Origin: Hamiltosporidium tvaerminnensis FI-OER-3-3
Taxonomy: Eukaryota; Fungi; Microsporidia
Direction of reading: 5' to 3'
DNA: 64,000 nt
Assembly (NCBI GenBank): GCA_022605425.2
Contig: CM061248.1
Span: forward strand, 806,001 to 870,000
Part shown: in pieces, positions 55,966-64,000 of the stretch
Layout of the letters: every line of letters starts with the position of its first letter
Position numbering within the stretch: the first letter of the stretch is position 1
Made by a program: the position numbers and the translations under genes
Notes under the pieces: generated by a model
Told to the model about the DNA's origin: nothing
Database searches by the model: none
The model's input: only the letters and a program-made list of their open reading frames with translations

Positions 55966-56700
55966 CTTTATTTAAAAATATCACATCTTTTTACAATAGT
56001 AGCAAGTGTTATATTTGTTTTCATGACATTAACGCAGTTCTAGGTTTAACATAAATAACTGTTACCTCAATACTCATCAGTAACCCCTCCGATACCTACG
56101 TCCCAAAGCCTACCATCTACCAGGTGTGTAGAACCTAATTAATAGGCGAGGCAGTTGCCCGGATTTCGTTAATGTCCGTTGCATGGAGTGTGATCAGAGC
56201 CCGAAGCCCCACCTGGGCTCCCCCAAGACTATGCAGCATTCCCACTTACTTTAAATTTCTTAGCCCAATAAACTTCTAGCTAAGATATATTTCAGAGATT
56301 TACATGGGGTCAACCTAGACAGTGCAATGTCATACCAACAGGTATAACCTGCTACTTAGCTCACCCAGCTTTAAATGGTTTTATTTTTATATCTCCCAGG
56401 CGCTAAGTCTTCTAACCCGAGTGAGCAAGGCTAGATTTCCATGCTTTTATATGGCAATTACCTACATGTTCAGCCGCGGTCTGCAATCTGGTTACATAAA
56501 AAACTACAAATAAATTTGTAGAAAAAGTTTCTCCTTTTCTTAGAACTCTCCTCTTCATAACAACTCCCATGGAACAACCGAAGATGTAGTGTGGTTGTAT
56601 TCCCACAAAAAATCCAAACAATGATCTTCACACCAGTTTTACACACTCATTGCCAAGCAGAAAGTTTTTTATGTAGTGATTCTCCCTCCACCACTGAACA
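55966..56700 (-). mobile_element. Same element, allele alpha (735 bp)
   Basis: ATGAAA at 55960-55965 and 56701-56706. Confidence 0.7.
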
Positions 56701-58941
56701 ATGAAATAATCATATTTATAGAAATTATGTAATTATGTTACTGTACTCTAGTTTTGTAAAGGCTTGAGGTTAAAGTTTAGAATTATATAATTCGAAACAC
56801 TTTAAATTGTTAGGGATCCAATAAACAAAATCAAGTTAAACATTTTATTTATTCTATAATGTTAAAACCCCCCTTATACTCTTAGCATTTATAAACGACA
56901 TTTAATTTTCGACTAGGTTTCTTACATATCAAATTGCCAATGACTTAAATTAGATAATATGTCTAAGATTTCGAAGAATCCAGTTGATTCTATTACACCC
57001 GTCAAGTTAAAATCTTGCCTAGGTGCAAAAGAGTCTCTGGTGAAATTAACATAAAAGAATTTCTTATACTTTTTTAACTCAATATCTTAAGTAAATATTC
57101 ATTAAATTATTAAATTCTGTTATTCGAGCTATGGTATATATATTTTGCATCATAAATATAAAAAAAATCATTAGCTGAATCTAATTGCATTTTTATTCTA
57201 CGGAAATTTTTGAAATGGGTTTAAGGCCTATACAGGTCGATTTATAATATATTCTAATAACTGTAACTTGGTTTTTAACACGAATTTTTATTTTTTTACG
57301 TTTAAAGAGTTCTGGAAATGCATTTTTAGGAAAAAAATCGTTTTATAAAACACTCAAACACACATTTAAGGCTACGCTCTGTAAAATATTTTTTAATTTA
57401 TCAGCTGCATAACTTGTACAGTTAGATTAAAAATCAAAGACAAAAAAGAGCTCAAATTAAGCAGTGAATGAGTATATTCTCGTTTAAAAAAATTTACCCC
57501 ATAGACCTATATTTATTGTCAAACCTATTAAAAATCACAAAAAATTATTCGCATATAAAGTTAAAAAATATAGATTAAAACAATTCTACATGTTTAAATC
57601 AAATATTAGACATAAATTCTTTTCTGAAGCTATTCTATGGTGTCTTATTTTCTTGATTTATAAGTTTTTATATGTTAAGAAATGCAAACAAGTTAAAAAA
57701 AGAAAAGCAGTTAATAAGAAATTGAAATAGAAAGGTTATAAGAAATACTAATACTAAAGAAAAATCTGGGTTTTTAATAAATAAGATTTTAACGATTCAT
57801 TTTGATATTCAGATTGAATAATTCGTCACAACCATACATTTTATGCAATCTAAAAAAAATATTTTTTGCTGTAGCAAATTTTATTAGAAAGCCATTCCTA
57901 ACACATCTTATAACAGATTTCCTAACTTTTATCTTATTAAAGCTTACTATTTTGCCTTCTATTTTCGTCTTTTAATTTTTATCGAAAACGCCCCTTAGTA
58001 GTATTAATAACCAGATGAATATTTTACGAAAAATCTTGCATACACATCATTTTTCGTATGATCTATATATTTGCTACAATATTAAAGTAAGGCCTTAGAA
58101 AATTTCGATTTTACTAGATATCGCATGCTCAATATCGACTTGGTCTTAATTAAATGGCATTATAATAGTTTATTTGTATTTTCCAGATATTCTTTTACTT
58201 TAGAAATACATGAATGCCCTTTACTGATTGTATCTACTTAGTATTGAAGTGTTTATCTCATATGCCTTATAATACCTATATTAGAGTTTTTTAACTGATC
58301 TTCTCAGTGTGCGTGTAGCTTTGTCCGATTCTTTTCTACAAATCAATCCACATTTCTTAAATAAATTGCAAGCTTGCATATAATTGTTTAATTACATCTC
58401 TTCACATGCCCTTGGTGGTATGAATGTATTGCCATTTTAGTAATAAAAGAAAACTCATAGTATACATATTCAATCTTGTTCGTTTATAAACTTTCTTCCA
58501 TTTTCTGTTCGTAATATACCAAGCGCACATCAAAGAAAATAGGATTTTAAACACGTTCGCAGCCTTGACAGCTTTTTTTTTCAATGATATCAAAATCAAA
58601 ACTCAGTTTTAGGTGCAAAATTTATATAATTAATCAAAAGCCATCATATATCCTAATTACTTATGCATATAACCAAATCTATAAGTTCTTTCTTAGGTAT
58701 AAAGCGTATTTTATTCCGAATTACTTAATTCGTCTCAAAATATGTTCTTTTTGTCAATCTTAGCCTGTTCAATAAATTTCCATGATATTTTTTTTACCTA
58801 ACCCCGTATTTTTTGACACTTTCCTGTTGCATTGCTTTCTGCTTCAATATGACTATGAAGATGTGTAGAAAGTAAAAATATTCACTTGCTTGCATAATTA
58901 GAATCTGTTTTAACAATGATTTTAGATCATTCGTATTTAAA

Positions 58942-59180
58942 CGCAGTATTTTACTACATAAAAATAGATTATTGTATTTTCTAATTAAACATAAAATTAT
59001 ATTTTATTTAACCTACTGGTAGATGAAAGAAATGAACGGAAGAGCTGGAATATTCCCCAAATAAAACCCTTTATACAAAAAATTCTTTATCTTCAAGGGT
59101 TGCCAAACTTTTTATTCTAAAAGATAGGGCCTGTCTATCAAAGATAGCTTTTAACCGGGGTTTTAAGAGAGGCTACGACA
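58942..59180 (-). mobile_element. Solo LTR copy in C'
   Basis: Reverse complement of 12632-12870. Confidence 0.6.
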
Positions 59181-60807
59181 ATATCTTGCCTGTTTCTATA
59201 TGTGAATCGGCTGCTCCTTTTTAAAACCTTATTTTCTGTTGCGGCTCATTTTGAAAGGCAAATTACTATAATTTTAAGTCGACTGATTCAATATTTGTCA
59301 TAATTCATTTTGTATTGCTAAAAATATAATATATTTTTTCCCGCAAAAATTAAAGTTGGCAAAAAAATAGAAACTTTCAGTATAAGAAAGCTTAGTATAA
59401 AAGCATTATCTACTTAATAATTTTTATTCCGTGTGTAATTTGGTTGTGAAACGCGAATGGGTTCCTAATGATTTTGATAATGATCAACAGGAACCTTCTA
59501 AAAATTGAAAATTCCAAACAATATGTTAGATTTTTTAATCATATAATACCTTAGTCGCAAATAATTCTTGTCGTGCATTTCTTGAATAAAATTAAAGAAT
59601 TTGTTTTCTGCTTACTTAGATAAAGATTTAATTACATGCTAATATTTATAATCTTTTTTTCATATTAACTTATTTCGATTTCTATATTTAATAGCCTCAA
59701 CCGGTATATTATCAAAACATTATACACCAAAAAGTTTATATGTGGTTATTCAACATATAAAACTCTCTTTTTGCAAAACCGTATAATATAAAATCATTTT
59801 ACAAAATTTGGCAAAATTAACTTATTGAAATAATTATTTTCGTTTTTAAGCAAATTTTATAATTCTTGTACAGAAGTTTAAGTCATATCTAATAACTTTT
59901 CATAATATAGATTAAATTAGAAGTCGCTAATATTGTCATTGTGATATATATTAATGACGCAAACTATCGGTTACAAAACTATAAAAATTCAATATATATT
60001 ACATACTAGATTTAGTCAAAGAAGTTTAAATATTTTAAGGTGATTTTTGAACGAGAGATAGCTGTGCTTTTTTGCAAAAGTGCAAATGTAATTATACTTA
60101 ACACAGCTCCTTAATTTGAAAAAAAAACAAAGTTTCTGAGAAAATATAAATATTTTGCGCTTTAAAGAGTGATAATTACAAAAAAAAATGATTTGGGTGG
60201 TTTTGTGTATATAGTATATCAAATTAGTATATAGTAAATGAAATAAAATATCTAACCAGGCTTTTGCGAATATTTAATCCTTATAATTTACTTTATATTT
60301 CGTAAAAAGAATTCAAACTATTCCAAAAAAAATTATTTGTAGGATGGTATATAATATGTTCATTTACTTAATTTCTCAACTATGGTTTCTAAAAAAGCAG
60401 AATTTCATAGTTAAATGAAAAATTTTAAGGTATCATATAAGTTACCTAGTATGATATATAGTTTATTGAAAAACCCAAGAGAATTACGTGTCATAGATTA
60501 CAGAAAAAGCTAGAAAAATTTTCTTTAACAAACATAATATAACTCGAATATATTAGGTCAGAATGAAAGCAATTCAATGGTCTACTGTTAGATGCTTTCC
60601 TAAGTTTGCTCATAATTCAGAAAAACGCTAAAAAATACATAGGTAAAAATAATTAGATGAATGAATATAAACATAAATTCATTATTGAAACCTAAAATCC
60701 ACCTTAGATTTTGTAGCCTAAAAATGAAAGTCGAAGATCATATTTGGCATAAATAAATTACCTTGCTGTAATTAAAAAAATTAATTTTAAGAAATTTTTA
60801 TCTAAAA

Positions 60808-61448
60808 ACTTAACATTTTAATTTTTAAAAAAGTTTGTTTAAAATATAAAATAATAGATGATAAACAAATAGGATTATCCTTTTTTTAATTTTGTATGTA
60901 TAAACCATCTAATTTGTTATTTAGATAAGAAATTCTGAAACAAGTTTTAAAAAAATATTATATAAACAGACGTAATATTGTTTGTTATGAAAACATTCCT
61001 TACATTATTCTTTCAATTTTCTCTTGCAGATTCTACTTGACAAATATGACATAGAATTTATGAATATTATTACACAAAAAACCTCATCACATCTTCTGAT
61101 AAATCATTATAATAGATCAATAAGCATTTTCAAGATTATATTTATATTAAATATCTTAAATGACTTTTCGAAATTTTTACTCCCGAATAGAAGAAATGTA
61201 GTACTAAATTTCTTTGATAAATATTTAAATTATGGCAAAAATGTACATATTTGTATATTTAAGTATCCAGAAAAACATGATAATATCAAAAATTTATTAC
61301 CGAAAAATGAGAATGACGAGTTGGATGTATAATTTTTGGGGCTGGACAACCCCTTAAAATTGTCCCTATTAAAACAAAAAAATCCTTTAGAGAATTAATG
61401 CAGATAAAGATGATTTAAAGAAGATTGAAGAGGATTTAATAAAAAAAA
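60808..61448 (+). repeat. R14 core unit (last of the array)
   Basis: Same block, + orientation. Confidence 0.9.
60978..61332 (+). pseudogene. R-ORF variant with a +1 frameshift in the N-terminal T-run (real or sequencing error)
   Basis: tttcaattttctcttg versus tttcaatttctcttg; ORF track starts only at 61024. Confidence 0.4.
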
Positions 61449-62464
61449 ATTTAAAAAAAATTTAAAGTTTTATTTGTTTCTCATTTAAAAACCCATCATA
61501 AATTTTATTCGGGGCTTTTTTTTATCTTGGGTTTAAATGTTTTTCTATTATTTAGGGCTTTACTGTGTTAATTTCTTGCTTTCATTTTTGATACTTTTTA
61601 ATATTTTTAGCAAATGATTTAATTTAACTCTGTTTTCTAGAATAGAAGTGTGGTAATTCAGTGAATGCTTTTTAATGTTTCTTTATAATGTTGAATTGTT
61701 TAAATGAAGATTTCATAGAGTTTTTTCTGTCCTATCTCTTAAAGGTTTAATTTATACACCTAATATCATGGAAAATAGGTAGTAAAGCCAATTTATTTTT
61801 TGATCCACGTATTCTTCTTACTGTATTTATGCGTATTTTCTACTAAATCCATGTCTATATGGATACGTGTATGTAAAGCCTTCTGAAGTATACTGTAACT
61901 CCTAAGTAAAAGTGGCATAAAATCATATTACAAAAGGTTTTATTTACCTTTTTACACCATAAGAAAGTATGATAATCAATATAAAGAGCAAATGTTTATA
62001 TTTTTTCTTCGATAATATTTATAAGTTTTGTAGAGTTGATTTAGGCAGAAATGTAATAATTGATATTTAGTATTTCTTGTGAAAAAAACCATATCAGTCT
62101 ATATGCAAAAAAGAAATCAGATGATCTTCTGGTGTTACAATATTCAAACATAACTAGTTTAAGAATTTTGAAAAGATGAGTTCAAATGGTTTTTAAATGT
62201 GTGAAATATTGCATAGAAGAGAATACTATCACTGTTTGCTTTTGTTGATAAAGTGTGAGGCTTCTATATATAACTCCCTAAATTTTCGGTTGGTTACAGT
62301 TGAAAAAATTATCTAAATAAGTGTTATACTTCCTTCTATAACAATATCATGATATTCAGAATTTAAGACAATCTCTCGTTTTTACGGTTTTAGATTATTT
62401 TAACAAATATTAGAAAGAAGGCTCCTTTAACTAGCTTATAATTTTTTCTTGATATTGCTTTTAC
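61449..62464 (-). pseudogene. Cassette E: third, most diverged B/D paralogue, cut off at the hAT element
   Basis: actgtatttatgcgtattttctactaaatccatgtctatatggatacgtgtatgta ~ D actgtagttttgcgttctttggttaaatatatgtttatatccatacgtatatgta; further colinear matches to ~62400. Confidence 0.6.
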
Positions 62465-64000
62465 TATTTGGTTTTTAACCAGGGGTACGGGAAAGTATTT
62501 TTTGAAGGTGCGAAATTTCCCCGTCAAAAGCCTAATATCGGACACAAATTATGATTCTCTGTTTTTTACGACAAAATACAAATATTTCGGGACATGAGAA
62601 TAAGGTAAAGAAATATGTACATGTAGGTTTTCTTTGATATGCTTAATAACACAACACACACAGACAATCGTTCTCATTGTTATTCTGATGCATATTAGCC
62701 CAATACATTGACTTATTCCAAGACGAAGATCTCATTTTTTTCTCATTGTCTGTGTCTAAAAATGCGGGTCTTGGGAATTTAGATGAGAGTCCTCTTTATA
62801 AAGAATACGTTTAAACATTTATACATTTGATTTTTAACACTATTGGCCGATTATACATTCTTAATTGATCAATGACATACGCCGAAAGGATATGTTGGCC
62901 TTAAAACATAGGTAATTTTCTCATTAATTGTAAACATATTTTTTTTTTAAAATTATAGAATTTTTGTCTTGAAACAGTTTAATTGATCATTTTGGATCAT
63001 CTATCTCAAAAACTGGTTTGCAACGAAATTTATGCTAATCATGTATTCACTTGTAAACAGAAAAAGAATAGTACGAAACTACTCATGCATTTTATGTTCC
63101 AAGATATTTTAAAGACCTAATACAAAACTATCAAAGTTATTAGAGATTTCAACGTTCTATATGGTAATATATGTACGAAAACATGAACATCTTGAAGTAA
63201 AAAACTTCGTTTTGGTTCCGGAGGTATCATTCAAAAATCGATCGGGTCTACAATCTAAACCCCGCTGTTAGAATAATCTTATCGCGTGACATAAATGTCT
63301 GCAGGTAAAAAAATATCCCCGAAATCGCTTGAGGAATTTTAAACCGTGCAAATTATACAACTTAAACATTAAAAATCAAGCAAATAATACACACTAGCAG
63401 ATTTTGTTCCCGAATGATTTAATTCCTTCGCGAGTTTAAGATCTCTGTACCAATAGATTTCTGCTGATAATATAAGACATAAAAGTAATCATTAAAAATA
63501 ATATACGATTTAAATTGTAAACTGATGTTGTTAGATTTCAGCCGGCCGATGGTATTTGTATGATATGTAAGAGAAGTAGAAATTATTGAAGAATTGCTAG
63601 TTTACGAGCAAATGAAGTTCACTCCGAGAGTAATTGATGTTTTCAACCACATCAAAGCTTTTTTTTACATTTCCATTATTATTGAACTTAATTATCTCAA
63701 TTTGCACGAATGGAGTTTAGCAATTTTATGCAAAAGTGCTGAATTTACAAACATGATGAGCATAATTACTGCATTTTACATCACATTCACTTGCGTGTAA
63801 AACTTCGCCAGAAACGTTAAAATATCATCTCATTTTTTGTCATTTTCATCTAAATAATAGCCGTGGAAAAGCTTCACTTCATTGCATTTTTCGTTTCCCA
63901 TGTGAAGAAATCGTTGCTAGTCATACCGTGCTTCCTTATTCTATCTAAGTAGGATCTTCCTTTTAAGTCCGTATGTCTTGCTGGTTTTTTAAATTACGAG
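62465..64000 (+). mobile_element. Degenerate hAT (Buster group) DNA transposon, runs off the window
   Basis: Homology of E to B/D stops at tggtttttaaccaggggtacgggaaa, which resembles a decayed Buster-type left end; transposase remnant lies downstream. Confidence 0.7.
63004..64000 (+). pseudogene. hAT/Buster transposase pseudogene (ZBED5/ZBED8/FAM200-like), many stops and frameshifts
   Basis: Ordered remnants: HVFTC...CILCSKIF (BED-like finger), LE*SYRV, QILFPNDLIPSRV*DL, TDV, MVFV*YVREVEIIEELLVYEQMKFTPRVIDVFNHIKAFF, YCILH/HSLACKTSPETLK (CxxH motif), CEEIVASHTVLPY...FFKLR. Confidence 0.85.

Larger units (their letters stand above)
55548..60807. pseudogene. Cassette C' (second period)
   Basis: Twin of 20143-25407. 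Confidence 0.6.
1..61530. repeat. Higher-order inverted-repeat array, ~35.4-kb period (R-A-R-B-R-C-R-D-R-C'-R-B'-R-A'-R-B'); continues beyond the left edge
   Basis: Position 1 recurs at 35402. ORF twins 7040/42444, 10475/45882, 16438/51841 and 19618/55023 are offset by 35403-35407. Mirror sums are ~36405 and ~71810. Near-identity ends at ~61510-61530. Confidence 0.95.

Noticed and set aside
1864-60222. Short 60-99 aa ORFs in the track (e.g. MKSLQASLQ, MWNIFELAF, MQCHTNRY, MIYYIHKTT, MFLIKKSSN)
   Set aside because: They recur only because the cassettes are duplicated, vary by frameshifts between copies, and are antisense, off-frame or fragmentary pieces of pseudogenes and inserts.
1927-61448. 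R as a MITE/IS or as CRISPR-type repeats
   Set aside because: R has no TIRs or TSDs, its flanks are homologous between copies (not independent insertions), and unit and spacer sizes are far from CRISPR.
1-61530. Pure assembly or MDA fold-back artefact
   Set aside because: Copies carry many shared, patterned differences (A vs A', two alleles of the 735-bp element, mosaic R) and junctions fall only at R, unlike random chimeras. Exact copy number and phasing still need read confirmation.
62475-62490. piggyBac end (TTAA followed by CC)
   Set aside because: The downstream transposase remnant is hAT/Buster-type, and the TTAA probably lies inside the hAT terminus.

Overview
Very AT-rich (roughly 22-25% GC by eye), gene-poor and almost certainly eukaryotic DNA. 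The decayed secreted/LRR-like gene families, solo LTRs and Buster hAT relic suggest a large-genome microsporidian such as Hamiltosporidium, but that is inference only. Positions 1-~61.5 kb form one higher-order array. Fourteen near-identical ~640-bp units (R1-R14), each carrying a 117-codon ORF, alternate strictly in orientation (-,+,-,+,...). They separate pseudogene-bearing cassettes in the order B' A B C D C' B' A' B' A B C D C' E (prime = inverted). This gives a ~35.4-kb direct period and nested palindromes centred near 18.2, 35.9 and 53.6 kb. A and C are old paralogues, each made of two convergent decayed genes. B, D and E are old paralogues of a second decayed gene. The R units are homogenised yet mosaic, and the cassette copies show swapped and converted haplotype tracts, the footprint of flip-flop and gene-conversion recombination. 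Insertions are a ~240-bp solo LTR (in B and C), a 733-735-bp GC-richer, structured, TSD-flanked element (in C), and a degenerate Buster-type hAT transposon at the array edge (62.47 kb to the end). No intact housekeeping gene, tRNA, rRNA or recombinase gene was recognised.
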